A stretch of 64,000 bases of DNA from Octopus vulgaris (Eukaryota). The number at the start of each line of letters is the position of its first letter. Positions within the stretch are counted from its first letter, which is position 1. Below are positions 14,726 to 30,189 of the stretch, piece by piece. Below the pieces are notes generated by a model. The model was not told where the DNA came from. It saw nothing but the letters and a program-made list of their open reading frames with translations, and made no database searches. The stretch is taken from the NCBI GenBank assembly GCA_951406725.2, contig OX597826.1, positions 68,882,001 through 68,946,000 on the forward strand, given 5' to 3'. Both the position numbers and the translations under genes were made by a program.

Positions 14726-14816
14726 TGCATAATATACATAGTATGTTCTTATTGATGCATATAAAGCACGCATATAAATGTATACGCAGGCTTATATGTA
14801 CGCTCACAAACATACT

Positions 14817-14872
<56 letters not shown>

Positions 14873-15434
14873 TACATTTAATATATACGCATATAGGTGT
14901 ATGTGTATTTACATAATTATATATATATACATGGATAAATCTCGAAATTTCTATTCACCATATTGCTCAGTATTGTTAGTATCGTTTTCCTCACATGCAT
15001 AAATTTTATGTTGTATTACTTCTGTGTTGTATTATTTAGCAATATCGGCTTTGGTCCATATAATAATTTCATTGGAATATGAGAATAGTATTTGCAGGAT
15101 TAACAGAAAACCCCTTCAAAACAACATGCTCACAACATCTTCATTCTTTCAGAAGCAGCGAAATCAGTAATTCAATGTCACTATCACAGCACCACGGAAG
15201 AGGAGAGTTAAATGATGTAACTATAGTGCAGCCTTCTGAAAAAGACCAAACCATACAATAAAACAGAGTAGATACAACTTCAATATCCTTGTATCATTGC
15301 GATGATCAGATTATCGGCTGTTACATACGGTTGGTCAAAATGTGTTTTCTCACAGTATTGTCCCGCTGATTAGGCTAGAAGACCGACAACTTGTCCGACA
15401 GGAAAGCCAGTCTGTCGTAGGATTACCAATTTGC

Positions 15435-15570
15435 AGCTGAGTTGACTGGAGCAAAAAGAAATGAAGTGTCTTGCTCAAGGACACAATGTACTGCCAATCT
15501 GAGAATCGAAATGACGATGTTGCGATCGTGTGTGCAACACTCTAACGACTAGGTCACACGTCTTCACAAC
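15435..15570 (-). mobile_element. 5' part of a SINE family C-like element
   Basis: Reverse complement contains GTGTCCTTGAGCAAGACACTTCATTTC..TTGCTCCAGTCAACTCAGC, matching 473-519. Confidence 0.7.
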
Positions 15571-16170
<600 letters not shown>

Positions 16171-16187
16171 GGTCGCATTAATCATTA

Positions 16188-16578
16188 ACGCGCCGGACAA
16201 ACTATTTAGCGCTATTTTCGTCTGTCTTTACATTCCTAGTTCAAATTCCACCGAGGTCGACTTTTCCTTTCATACTTACAGGATCGATAAAATAAGTACT
16301 GATTGAGCAATGAGATTAATGTGATCGACTTGCGGGCCGTGTGTCAATATCAATAGACCGGCTGGCGGGTTCTTTACCTCGCCGGCGCAAAATGTTTAGT
16401 GGCATTTTATTCGTTTTTACGTTCAGATTTCAAGCTCCACCTTGATCGACTCTGCATTTCATCCTTCCGAGGTTTGTAAATTAAGTACTAGATTAGTATT
16501 GGGATGGGCTGATGTAATCGACTGACCCCCCCTCTCCCGAATTTGGTGATGTTCTGCCAGAGTTTGAAACCGATATTG
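16188..16578 (+). mobile_element. Two decayed SINE family A copies
   Basis: GTTCAAATTCCACCGAGGTCGACTTT and TCGACTCTGCATTTCATCCTTCCGAGG body motifs. Confidence 0.75.
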
Positions 16579-16911
16579 GTAGCTGCATTTCTGAATATAG
16601 ATAATATTTAATTTTATCATTTAGTATCACGACATAAACCAATTTGTTTTACACAATGCCATAAAGATATTTAAGCACAGTCATTGTTCTATAGCCAAGA
16701 AATTTGCTGTGCTACCACGTGGCTTTCGATTCAGTCTCACCGTGCACTTCCTGGGGCAGTATATGTGTATATATGTGTGCGTAGGTGTGTATATGTGGGC
16801 GTGCACCCATGTATGTAAGACAGCTAAATCTGTAAAGACCATTATTTATCAAGTTATACATGCAAACTTGGGCAGTTAAATCTCACAACCTTACACACCC
16901 GTCCACCTCAC

Positions 16912-16949
<38 letters not shown>

Positions 16950-17039
16950 TACACACTAATATGCATACAAATTCATATGTATCACTGCATGCCCATCGCT
17001 ATCACCGTACATTGCAAGACATATACAGAGATATACATA

Positions 17040-17046
17040 GAGAGAC

Positions 17047-17117
<71 letters not shown>

Positions 17118-17152
17118 TAGATATATAGATAGATAGATAGATAGATATATAG

Positions 17153-17248
<96 letters not shown>

Positions 17249-17250
17249 GA
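17040..17250. repeat. (AGAT)n/(AGAC)n microsatellite
   Basis: Seen directly. Confidence 0.95.
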
Positions 17251-17921
17251 ATACATAGATGTTTGTGCAAATGTGTAGAAGAGGAATAGCCAACTTCTAC
17301 GCTTCGCTGCCAACATGTTTTGGGATCAATCCCCTGTTGCTGCAAATGGGAGCATTTTCATACATCATTCCCTCAGGTGATCCCGCTACTTTTACGTGAA
17401 ATTAGACAAAAGACTAAATCTGTGCGATAATCTATCGAATGGTCAGAGAATATGATATAAAGATATGGCTTTGTTACACGCCATGTTACGTTGGTTCTTC
17501 ATGGGAATTCTAATAAATTCTTCAGATGTCTGTAGAATATTCACCTACTAACAAACCATATCAGCAGGTAGATCTGTTCGTGGAACAATTGTATCATCAT
17601 TGCCGATATCCACTCCAAATATGTGTGTGTGTGTGTGTGTGTGTTCGGGTGTGTTCGGGTGTGTGTGTGTGTGAGTGTGTATGTGTGTCTGCGTGTGTGT
17701 ATGAATGTGTATTAGTATATAAATGTATGAGTATATACTTGTATAGATGTAAATATGTGTATACATATATATATACATGTATGCTTGTATCTATACGTTT
17801 AGATACATGTATATATACATACATATACAAACATACAGACATATATATATATATATATATATATAGACATGTATGTATGCTTGTCTGTAAACGTTTAGAT
17901 GCACATATATATACATATATA

Positions 17922-17980
<59 letters not shown>

Positions 17981-17993
17981 CATATATACATAC

Positions 17994-18038
<45 letters not shown>

Positions 18039-18045
18039 TACATAC

Positions 18046-18083
<38 letters not shown>

Positions 18084-18230
18084 GTGTATGTATATGCATA
18101 TCTATAATCAATAGTCACACATCCACACGCACATGTACATTCATGTATACATATATTTATATATGTATATACATATATATATATATATATGTGCATATGT
18201 ATGTGAGTATATATGCGTGTGTGTGTGTGT

Positions 18231-18275
<45 letters not shown>

Positions 18276-18699
18276 TGTATGGATGTATCTATATTGAAAT
18301 CGACATATTCAGCAATGTACAAACTGACAAAGAAACCAAGAGAAGAAACTCGTCATAAATTGATAAGTAGATAAATTAAGAGATTATATTTATAAATGGG
18401 AATAATACATAACTGGATAGATAAGCCGATAAATGGATTGATAAATGGATAGAGAAATCTATGGGTATATACATTGGCGGCATACATGAGACATCGCACA
18501 CGTCCACATAACATACACGTCTGCATATGCACAAACACATACGTCTCTGTCTTTCCTCTCTATCGTTCTCTGCGCTCGCCTGCTTCGTCAATCTCTCTCC
18601 AGCTCAAACCACACACACAGAGAGACAGATGCATTCTTCTCGATGCCTTCCTGTTTGTCAGTCTGTGGATTCGGTCGTTTCCGTGCCAGCATCTGTAGG

Positions 18700-18845
18700 G
18701 GTCAGTCGTATTTATCAAAGGGCCTCCCTAATTGAATGCAGCCGTATTCAAAATGGCGTCCCTTACGTAAAAATCCACTGATGAAGAAATGTTGCTGAAT
18801 CTGACGTAGTCAATGACGGCTGATGTAACGTGCTTTGATCATTCC
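18700..18845. promoter_or_regulatory. Candidate cis-regulatory island
   Basis: Unique sequence with TCF/LEF-like ATCAAAG (18714) and CTTTGAT (18833), homeodomain TAATTG (18729), YY1-like CAAAATGGCG (18749) and bZIP palindrome TTACGTAA (18763). Confidence 0.3.
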
Positions 18846-19653
18846 TGAGTGAACTTTCTTCTCCTGACTAAAATGGAGGTGTAGGGAGAGGAGGACTGAA
18901 CGACAAGAATAAGATATAATAGGGGTAGTTAACTGAAGATTGTGTGCGGGTTAGGTTGGGGTTGTGGCGTTTGTGGCGGTGGTGGTATTTTGCTGTTGCT
19001 GTTGCGTTTGACGATGACTGTATTACACTTGGTAATCTTGGTGGCGACGGCGACGGCGGCAGTGGTGGTGGTGGTGGAGGTGATGGTGGTGTTGGTGGTG
19101 GCGGTGGAAATGCTAATACTGGAAGATATTGTCGAGAAACAGATGTGTGTGTATGTATGCATGTATGTATATATGTATGTACGTGTGTGTGTATGAATGT
19201 TTACGTGTCTGTGGGTGAATGTTTGAATAGTGATTAAAGAGAGTGTATATATATATATATATATATTTGTATATATACATAGATGCGTAAATATGTCTGT
19301 GTATATATATATATTTATATACACATATAGTTGTATATATAGGTATAACTGAATTTATAAAATATATGCATGTATGTGTGTGTATATATACATATATATG
19401 TATATATATGTACATATATATATGTACCTATGTATGTATATACGTCTGTACGTGTGTATGCATGTTCTTCAATTTTCTCCATCTCCCTCTCCCTAAATCT
19501 GTTTACACACGAAACACACACACTTAGACACGCACGCACGCACGCACTCACGCACACATATACAGGTATACATATTCATTAATGTGTGTATTTAACTTTG
19601 CATATTTACCACTGTGTATGTTGTGCATGTGCGTGTGTGCGTGCGTGTGTGTG

Positions 19654-19725
<72 letters not shown>

Positions 19726-19933
19726 CGGTTATGTGTGGTGATAGAAGCTGTCTTTTAGAGAAGTAGGAAAAAAGAAGTCGGAACCCAGAAAGAAGAAAAC
19801 GCAAGATATGTCACTATTATCATTTATCGAAGAAAAAAAAACGATCCAAGCCAGTCGAACCGTGACCACCCGGTTAGTCACCAAGCAGAGAATCATTATT
19901 CAATGCGTATTTTTCTTGAATCATAAGGAGGGG

Positions 19934-20317
19934 TATGTGAGGGTGTTGAAAAGTTCCTGACTTTAAGAATGTCGTGAAAGACCTGGCTTGAGATCCTTTG
20001 TTCTGGGTTTACAAAAACTGGAGGACTGCTGCAATGAATGTAGGAATCTCATAGGTGAAAATGTTGAATAAAATCGCAATTAATTCCTCCTCCTGTATTT
20101 TCTTTTACTCACAGTCAGGAACATTTTAGCACGCCATCGTGTGCTGCAGTTCCTGGTTTCAAGGGTGTCGCGAAAGACCTCGTTGGAGGCCCAACCTTAC
20201 GAGTTCTTTCGCAGGGCTTATAAGGGACCGCTGCAATAAATGTGCGAACCTGAGAAGGGTATATGTTGAATAAAATCATACAGATCCTCCAGGACCTTAT
20301 CAGGACCTCCCTGGTAT
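19934..20317. mobile_element. Two tandem decayed mariner-type MITEs
   Basis: Imperfect TIRs GAGGGTGTTGAAAAGTTCCTGACT / AGTCAGGAACATTTTAGCACGCCATCG; the internal sequence (GTCG.GAAAGACCT, CTGCAAT.AATG, ATGTTGAATAAAATC) is repeated in 20140-20317. Confidence 0.7.
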
Positions 20318-20440
20318 GATGACGGTTCTGTGGTATGACGTAATATGGTGATATGCTGTGGTTTTGGTTGTAGTTTACTGGTGTTCGTGGAGAGGTGGTA
20401 GTGGTGGTGGTGGTGGTGGTGGTGGTGGTGGTGGTGGTGG

Positions 20441-20475
<35 letters not shown>

Positions 20476-20669
20476 GGTGTTGGTGGTGTTGGTGGAGGAG
20501 GAGGTGGTAGTGGTGGTGGTGGTGGTATTTGGTGGTGGTGGTGATGGTGGTGGTGGTGGTGGTGGTGGTGGTGGTGGAAGTGATGTTTGTTGTGACTGGG
20601 AAATTTGTGCTGGTGTATAGTGGGGTTAGTAATATTTTGGTAGTAATCGATGGTAGTAATGTTGATGCC

Positions 20670-20707
<38 letters not shown>

Positions 20708-21037
20708 GATTAACGATACTGTTGCTGTTGTTATTGTTGTTTTCTTGTGATGGTGGTAGTGATGATGGTGGTATACATATCCTTGCTGGCGCCTAAAGAT
20801 GAGAAGATTAATGAGGATGAGTAGTAGGGTTTGGAAAAAAGCGATGAGATGAGGGGAGTGCGAGGTCATGATGGCGATGATGTTGATGACGATTCATGAT
20901 GGTAGTGGTGGGGGTGATGTGGGGGTTGGAGTGCTGATTATAACAATGATGATGACGACCACGACGATGATGATGATGATATTGAAAATGACGATGCTGA
21001 CTGATCATAATATAATGGTGGTTGTTTTACTGCTTAT

Positions 21038-21374
<337 letters not shown>

Positions 21375-21775
21375 TCCACAGAATAGATGTGACAGATGAT
21401 GATGATTAAGGCGTAAAGATGTATTAGTATTAGTAGCTGCATTGGTACTGGAGGTCGTTTTCACAATGGCTGCGACGATGACGATGACGATGACGACGAC
21501 GGCGACGACGCCGACAATGGCGATGCTATTGGCGCTGATGGTGTTGATCGATAAGACACGAAATCATAAAGAATATCTCTGTTTATATCTTTGAATCTTA
21601 ATCTGTTATTAGAGAAGGCATGGAGAGACTTAGCTGAAGTTATTTACGAGCAATTTAGCACAAGCAGATCAAAAGACGCAGTCTTCAGTGTCACAATGGA
21701 GCTGATAAAAATAAATTTAGACATTATTTATACAACTACACATCTATATCTATCTATCAATCTATCTATCTATCC

Positions 21776-21856
<81 letters not shown>

Positions 21857-21943
21857 CCTATCTATCTATCTATCTATCTACCTATCTATCTCTATCTGTT
21901 TGTCTACTTATCTCTGTATCTAATTGTGTATCCGTCTATCTAT

Positions 21944-22051
<108 letters not shown>

Positions 22052-23428
22052 GTTTGTTTGCCTATCTGTCTATCTATCTTTCTATTTGTCTCTGTCTATC
22101 TGTCTGTCTATCTGTCTGTCTATCTATGAATCTATCTGTTTGTTTGTTTCTGGCCAATCTATCTGTCTCTCCTTTTCTAGCTCATTATATATATATATAT
22201 TTATATATTCATTCACCTACATTCGTATGAATATATAAACATTTATATGTAGTATGTAGTGTGCAGCATATATCTACGTGCATACTTATCTATGTATATG
22301 AACACAAGGTGGATAAGAAGCTCATTTCACAGCCATGATGTCTGGGGTTCGCTCCGACCGTATGGCATTTTATGTGATGGCGGACTTAAGATACCCTCAG
22401 ATTAGCGAGGATGATGATGATGTTAATGAACTTGCGGAATACGAAGAGTGTGTACATCATTCAAAATCTCCGGTGAATAATACATCCAAACTTCCAGTGA
22501 ATTATGTATTCACTGATATTGCCGAATGCTTGCCGAGTTGTAAAACTTTCGGTGAACGCAAATGAAACAAAATCATCAGAGAATGTAATAGTCTTAGTTG
22601 TAATGTCTATCCATATTGGGGTCTTATCAGAGATATGTACCCACCTTGATCAGATTCAAAGAAATGAATAAACGATTTGGTATATACACTTCAAATCTAA
22701 AAGATTCACAGAACTCCAGAGAATAATTTGCATGCTATAAGGGTTCAGAGATTCATTTAGTATTATAGAGCTGTCATAGAGTTTTGAATCCACCTCAAAC
22801 AGTATCAAAATATGACATAATACATGTAAATAAACATATCACACATAAAATTAAAAAAATATCAGAGTAACATCGTTCTTCTTGACTGAAAAATAGCGAA
22901 CAGCCTTAACCGAGTTTCGGCTATTATTGGGGTCTCATCATACATAACATATACATACTTATATGCATACGTCTATACGTACAGACGTTTCGGTATATCC
23001 ATTTATGGAAAAAACACTATACTATGTTACTGGAGACATCTACATGAAATTTCTTTTATGTATAAATATCTTCGTGAACATATGCAGAGAGGTCAGATAG
23101 GCAACTTTAATTACTGCTTTCGGAACTTCTTTCTCGAACGAATAACCTCTTTAAATGTCCATGGAGATTCTGTTTAAAGAACCAGAGTATATAAAGGTGT
23201 AAGCCGGATAAACTGATTTGCATAAAAAGCGCATTTAGCAATTTAATTTTTTCCTTGAAAGCATTGTAAATAACGGTGTTAGCATTTTTCTGTACATAGT
23301 GTATCATCTAAAATGCATGATGATATTCTGCAGCACTGGTTAGTAACGAATAAAAAGAAATACTAAGCTCTGTTAACGCATCTGTAATTGCCTCAAACTT
23401 CAATATAGACTTAGATATATATGCACAC

Positions 23429-23567
<139 letters not shown>

Positions 23568-24683
23568 ATCAATATATATATATATATGCATAGAAATCTT
23601 ATATAAGTTTGTGTGCGTGTGTGCATGTAATTTTGAATGTAGGCAAAAGAAATTAAGTAAATACATATACATATACATATACATATTTGTATGTATGTAT
23701 GTATACACATATGTGTGTGTGTATTCTAACAAGTATACACATTCATGTATGCTTGCATAAATACATACATGCACACATGTTTACATTAGTGCATAAATGA
23801 ATGCATGCATCAATAGATACGCGCATGTTTTCATACATGTATGCGTATAGAACGACACCCATTTAAACAGAAAAGCCTTAGAAAAACCAAACATATACCT
23901 GTAGGTGCTACTACTAACCACCACCACCACCACCACCACCACCACCGCCACCGTCGACGCCACCGCCGCCGCCGCCATTATCAGTGACGACAAAATCACT
24001 ACCACTACCACTGTAACCAACACCAACATAGCCACATATTTCTGCATCAACAGCACCAGCATGAGCACAACCACCACGAGCAGCAGCAGCGGCAGTCGCG
24101 GCAGCAGCAGCAGCACCACTCCAGAGCGGAGCGTATCACTATTTCCTTACCAGCATCATTGTCAGCAACAGCTCCCTAACGTAGCCCTTACCCCGTTCCC
24201 AACACCACCAGCTGCAACGAGAGAGTTTGCTACATAACCACAACAGCGGTGATAGAACGGACTAAGTGAAGCAATCAAAGCAAACAGCGTTACTGAAGTA
24301 TTTTGCATCCAGAAATAAACATCTATTTATTTCCCCATTTCTCCCACTTTTCCCTACTTCTCTCCTCTCTTTAGGTGCATTTCATCAGGTGATCCTTACA
24401 AAATTTCCTCCACCTTAATACCTTAATATCTTCCCGCCACCAACACTAATAACTACAGCGCCGACACCACCACCACCACCACATATATATGTCTTTATAC
24501 ATACATATATATGTATATAAATAAATATATATATATATATATATATATATTCATATACATATATATATATATATATTTTTATATATATACATATATATGT
24601 ATATATATACACATATATATGTATACATATATATATATACATATATATATACATATATACATACATCTGTCTACATACATACA

Positions 24684-24741
<58 letters not shown>

Positions 24742-25487
24742 AACATACATACGTATGTGTGTTGTGTTTATATATATATTTATATATGAATGCATGCGGG
24801 CGTGTGTGTGAAGTCCCTAGAATCCCTTGAAATGAAGTGCTTTCTAAGTATTCGAATAGAGTTTACGGCACAGCGTGTGTGTTTATTACTATTATTTTGT
24901 TGTTCATCTTTTTTCAGTTCTCGTTGAATATTTCTGGTAACTGATACGAGTATGTTGTTCTTTTCTCTTTATTTATCTTTTTTCTAGATATCATATATAT
25001 TTCCACATATCTCCTTCTCTTTCTCAAAGTGCTTTAATTTCTTTCTGCCTCTCCTTCTCTCTCCCCCCCTCTCTCTCTCTCTCTGTCTCTCTCTCACACA
25101 CTCACACACACACACACACATCTCTTAAAGTACAAGATTGTCTATACACACATACAACCTCACGCACATATATAGATTGATAAATAGTTCAATATATATG
25201 CATATATGTATATATATGTGTGTGTGTGTGTATACTTATATGAATACATACACACACATGTATAAGCATAAGTATATATGTATTATATATATATAAATAT
25301 GAATACATATGCAGTGTACATATGTATATATGTATACATATATACATACACATACATGTATGTATACATGTATATATACAATATATACTCATACACATTT
25401 ATACACATATCTACATATACGTATATATAAGATAAATATCAAAAACATTTTTGCCTGTTGATATGTGTGCGTGAGTGTGCGTATATG

Positions 25488-25818
25488 TGTATGTATGTAT
25501 GTATGCATGTATGTATGTATGTATGTATGCATGTATGTATGTATGTATGTATGTATTTATGTATGTATGTATGTATGTATGTATGTATGTATGTATGCAT
25601 GCATGTATGTATGTATGCATGTATGTATTTATGTATGCATGTATGTATGTATGTATTTATGTATGTATGTATGTATGTATGTATGTATGTATGTATGTAT
25701 GTATGTATGTATGTATGTATGTATGTATGTATGTATGCATGTATGTATTTATGTATGCATGTATGTATGTATGTATGTATTTATGTATGTATGTATGTAT
25801 GTATTTATGTATGTATGT
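25488..25818. repeat. (TATG)n microsatellite
   Basis: Seen directly. Confidence 0.97.
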
Positions 25819-26349
25819 GCGCTTATTTCCTCCCATGTAAACGTGTCTATGTCAATATCTATTTACTTACGTAGCAAAGCGAGGTAGCTAACGGAGCTAT
25901 TCTCCCACACACTCTCTGTCCCTGCTTCATTATCTCTCTCTTTCTCTTTCGCTCTCACAGTCTCTGTCTCTCTCTCCCTCTCTCTCTCTCGCAATAAACA
26001 CACCCACCCACACACGCACTCTTCTCTCTTTCTTTCTTTCTTTCTTTCTTTCTCTCTCCCCCCTCCTACACAGCTGTAACATCTCTGAAGTTCATGAAGC
26101 ATTAAATATGACTACACATTAATGTCCCCGTTTATTGTACGACAGGTCATCAGGGTAAAACAGGGCCATGCACACACTAATGCACACGCATACGCACACG
26201 CACGCACGCATACATACAGATACACACTCACACGCGCACATACACGCATACACACGCATGCACACACAACACGGAAGCATTCATGCACAGAGGCACACAT
26301 TCACACATGCGCATGCACAACAGTTAATGCACACACACACACACACACA

Positions 26350-26383
<34 letters not shown>

Positions 26384-26535
26384 TATAAATGGAGGGGGCG
26401 CGAGTGTGTATGTGTGTGTGTGCGCGCGTGAGTGTGTATGCAAATGTCTGTATATATGTATGAGTGTATGTATGTGAATACATGTTGGATTTAAATGTAT
26501 GTTCGTGCGGAAGAACATATTGGATATATACATAA

Positions 26536-26570
<35 letters not shown>

Positions 26571-26817
26571 CATACATATACATGTGTGTTTGTGTGTGTA
26601 TGACTGCCTCTGTCTGTATGTACAAATATATACACTCACCCGTATGCTCATATGCCTAGATCTCTATATAAATCCATGCGAGCATTGCTGGTTTTTGTAG
26701 TGATGCTGAAGTGATATTCAAGGTTTTAATAGAGGTATTGGTAAGACGGTTGATATTGGATCAATTAGCAATCAAGCGATTCGTGGTTCGAAACCGCTGC
26801 CTCAAAATTTATAAGTA

Positions 26818-27324
26818 CCGTAAATCATCGAGTATAGTCCGCCCTTGAGTATAATACGCAGGGGAATTTTAGTGGGATGGACCTCTGAAACGCCTAAACC
26901 TTGTCTATAATACGCACCCCTTCTCTAACCTGGGCCATGCGTAATTAAGCCAGCAGCACCTAGTCGAACAAACGCTTCCGCGCATGCGTAATACCATAGT
27001 GGTGATGTTTTTAACTGTTATATGGGAATGTAAATATGTTTGCAGATTGTTTTTGTTACACGATATTCTGTGTTCTGAATACTTTTATTTTAATAAATGT
27101 TGCTTACTGCAAGTTATAGATGATTCTTTTATGACTTCATTGCTTTCAAGCTTAGCTTAAATTATTTTTGCGCCCGACATCACAAAATGCGTCTGAATAA
27201 ACATTGCCGGACAGCAAATAGAGACTAGGACATTGCTTAGAAAATACTTTTCATTTTTAACCTCGTATATAGTACGCACTAGGGATTTTGACCTAAATTG
27301 CGAATTATGCATGAGGATTTACGG
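26818..27324. mobile_element. Tc1/mariner-superfamily (Tc2/pogo-like) non-autonomous DNA transposon
   Basis: TIRs CCGTAAATCATCGAGTATA / TTATGCATGAGGATTTACGG, flanked by TA on both sides (26816-26817, 27325-27326). Confidence 0.85.
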
Positions 27325-28022
27325 TAAGTGTAATACTACTGTCACTTTATCACCAGTAATGTCACAAAGGAATATGATTTACGAATATGGTTCTCTTCAA
27401 CCCTATCGAGTGTATATATATATACATACATGCATATGCATATATGCATATATATATGTATATATGTATACATATGTATGTATATTCATGTATACACATA
27501 CACATATGTATGTATGTATGTAAATATATGCAGGAACACGGACTACATGCATGCAAAGCCCGTAAAAATCATATACGCCATATTTATTACTAAATAATTC
27601 CACGCGCAACGTTTTACGTTATGCGTGCTTCGTGTGCTTTGTATGTACTTGCACTTCCATTTAAACATACGTAGAGGTATATTTATGTATACGCATACAC
27701 AACTATTTGACCCATTAGCATATATACCCATTTACACCGTCCTGTGATCAATATATATATATATGTATAGAAATCTTATATAAGTTTGTGGGAGTGTGTG
27801 TATGTAATTTTGGTTGTAGGCAAAAGAAATTAAGTCCTTCATATTAAGATTTTATGGTTATGTAATTTTGGGGTTTTATTGATGCCATTTCTCCTCTCAA
27901 CCATACATTGGATATTGGATACATTATATTTTGAGAGGGTTGTGCTCTGTATTTCTGCACATTGTATTTCGCAGTTTATACACACGTACACAGTTACCTT
28001 TATCTTCGCAAATACAGACACA

Positions 28023-28064
<42 letters not shown>

Positions 28065-28093
28065 TATGTATATATATATAATATAATATAAAT

Positions 28094-28129
<36 letters not shown>

Positions 28130-28130
<1 letters not shown>

Positions 28131-28345
28131 TTCAAAATGTGACCGCGTGTGTACCGTTGGCGATTTTTTTCCTCTGTTTTCCCGTCTCTGGATCTTTCCT
28201 TCTCCTATGTTTCCGACGAAGAGCTCCGCTCGAAACTTTAAATCCTCCTTCTTTCTTAATTTCCTGAGCGTCCAATAACACTATACTTGTTCCACGTCCT
28301 CGCGTTGTTGTGTTTTCTTGTGCTTTCTTGTTTGGATTAACTTTA
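28130..28345 (+). mobile_element. Short TA-embedded element with degenerate hammerhead, family H2
   Basis: CCGACGA A GAGC tcc GCTC GAAAC at 28213-28236; its 3' end TTCTTGTTTGGATTAACTTT+(AT)n is identical to window positions 1-20. Confidence 0.65.
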
Positions 28346-28395
28346 TATATATATACATACATACACATATATACATACATACATATATATACATT

Positions 28396-28445
<50 letters not shown>

Positions 28446-29299
28446 CAATTACATACTTCTATATCTACATATGTATATACGGTCACATACACATACTTGT
28501 AGAAGCTCTTCCCATGCTTCTATATTTCTCTCATTCTCTTTTCCTTTCATTCTCTCATAACACTCTTTATGTCGCGGATTCACTTAGTAAAACAAACCTC
28601 ATCCTTTCACATGACTTTGGCATTTACAGTTCCCTCACTCACGCATACAAACAAGTCGCATTTAATTCCACACATATAGATATAGCTGAATTTTTCTGTT
28701 TGCTAATGTTAAAAGTATTCTTTGAAAAAATTAAAGTGTGCAAATTGTGTCGAAGTTTCTAAAATTTTAGCTTTATTCACAAGGTTGGAATTGGGAAGCT
28801 GCATAACTAAGCTATTTTGTTGTACGATTAGATACTAAAATTTGATTGGTTGTTGCAAAACCTAAAAAATGTTTGTCACGAATTTATTATTTGCTGATCA
28901 TGTGCTATTTTTATATATCGAGGCAAAAAAACAAGCGATATTTTCGTGTTATCGCAGTTTATGTATGCAAAATACAGGAAAGTAAAGATAGTGATCACAT
29001 TTTATGCATTTTAGCTTCAGAAATAATTTAATTTTTTTCTTTGTTGACTATTATTCACATTGTGGCAAATTCATATCGTGAGAAATAAATTATTCTAATT
29101 AATTGCTATTTTGAAATTCCTTAATAATAATATATGCGTATGCAAGAATTCACCGTTACTAATCTTTTATTCAAAATAGCAGACGTTTTTATTAGGATAT
29201 AATTCTCCTCCGAGTGACAAAGTTCACATCTTAAAAAAGCATTAGTGTAAGGACACACATGCTCTATAATTAATTTATTTATTCTTAATTTTTTAATAT

Positions 29300-29505
29300 C
29301 CTCCAGGCCAGCAAACTTGCAAAATCGTTAGCACGCCAGCCAGAATTCTTTAGCTGCATTTCGGTCCGTCTTTACTTAAGGAGGTCAAATTTGCCTGTCA
29401 TCCATTCGGGATCGATAAAATAAGTAGCAGGTTAACAATCGGGTCGATATCATCGATTAACCCTTCCGAAATCGCGGGCTTTGTATCAACATTTGAAACC
29501 AATAT
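29300..29505 (+). mobile_element. Decayed SINE family A
   Basis: CGTTAGCACGCC and GATCGATAAAATAAGTA motifs. Confidence 0.7.
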
Positions 29506-29707
29506 TAACATTTATCCAATCTATGTATGTGTGTGTAGTGTAATGTTCCGTGATATTAAGATCCGCAAAAAAGTGATCCATCTTGTGAGAGATAAATATT
29601 ACTTAAAAAACACAAGGTACTTTTTTATGTGCTACTATTAATTCCATGTGCTGGGAGCATCATTATTTATGATATATTATATTATATTATATTATCTTCG
29701 TAGTATA

Positions 29708-30091
29708 TCTCTCTCTATATAAACGGCAGTTTGTCTGTGCGTGTTTCTGTGTGTCTGTTTTCTCGTACCCTCACTCTGACCACGGCTTTCAACCGATTCT
29801 GATGAAACTTGACACACACATAGCCCAATGTCATAATTCAAAACTAACGCAGCGAAAATTTTGAAAAGTTCCCCCAGTTCTGGAAAAAAATCGATAAATT
29901 CGACATGGGGTCGAGAATCAGAAACCCAAACCACAGACCGTCTAGGGGACGCAACTCCACCATTTTTAACTCTCAAAAAAATTTACCATAATTTTTTTCC
30001 ATTTTTTGGCTATTTTTTGGCTATAACTCTCTAAAAATGCTTTATAGTTATTTCCCTTACAAACCTGAGCAACGCCGGGCGATACTGCTAG
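29708..30091 (+). mobile_element. Non-autonomous Helitron
   Basis: 5' TC after A, 3' CTAG before T, subterminal hairpin CCTGAGCAACGCCGGG about 10 nt from the end, no TSD. Confidence 0.85.
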
Positions 30092-30156
30092 TTATGTTAT
30101 ATTATAATATAAATGAATTTATTGGATTGTCATTTGTATCTCTCTATTTAATTTAT

Positions 30157-30189
<33 letters not shown>

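Noticed and set aside
17526-17567. Possible 42-nt exon (CAG|ATG...CAG|GTAGAT)
   Set aside because: Weak donor and pyrimidine tract, no recognisable peptide, no partner exons
18772-18797. AATCCACTGATGAAGAAATGTTGCT, resembling the hammerhead-like core at 15765-15791
   Set aside because: No downstream GAAA or stem III and no flanking homology; may be chance
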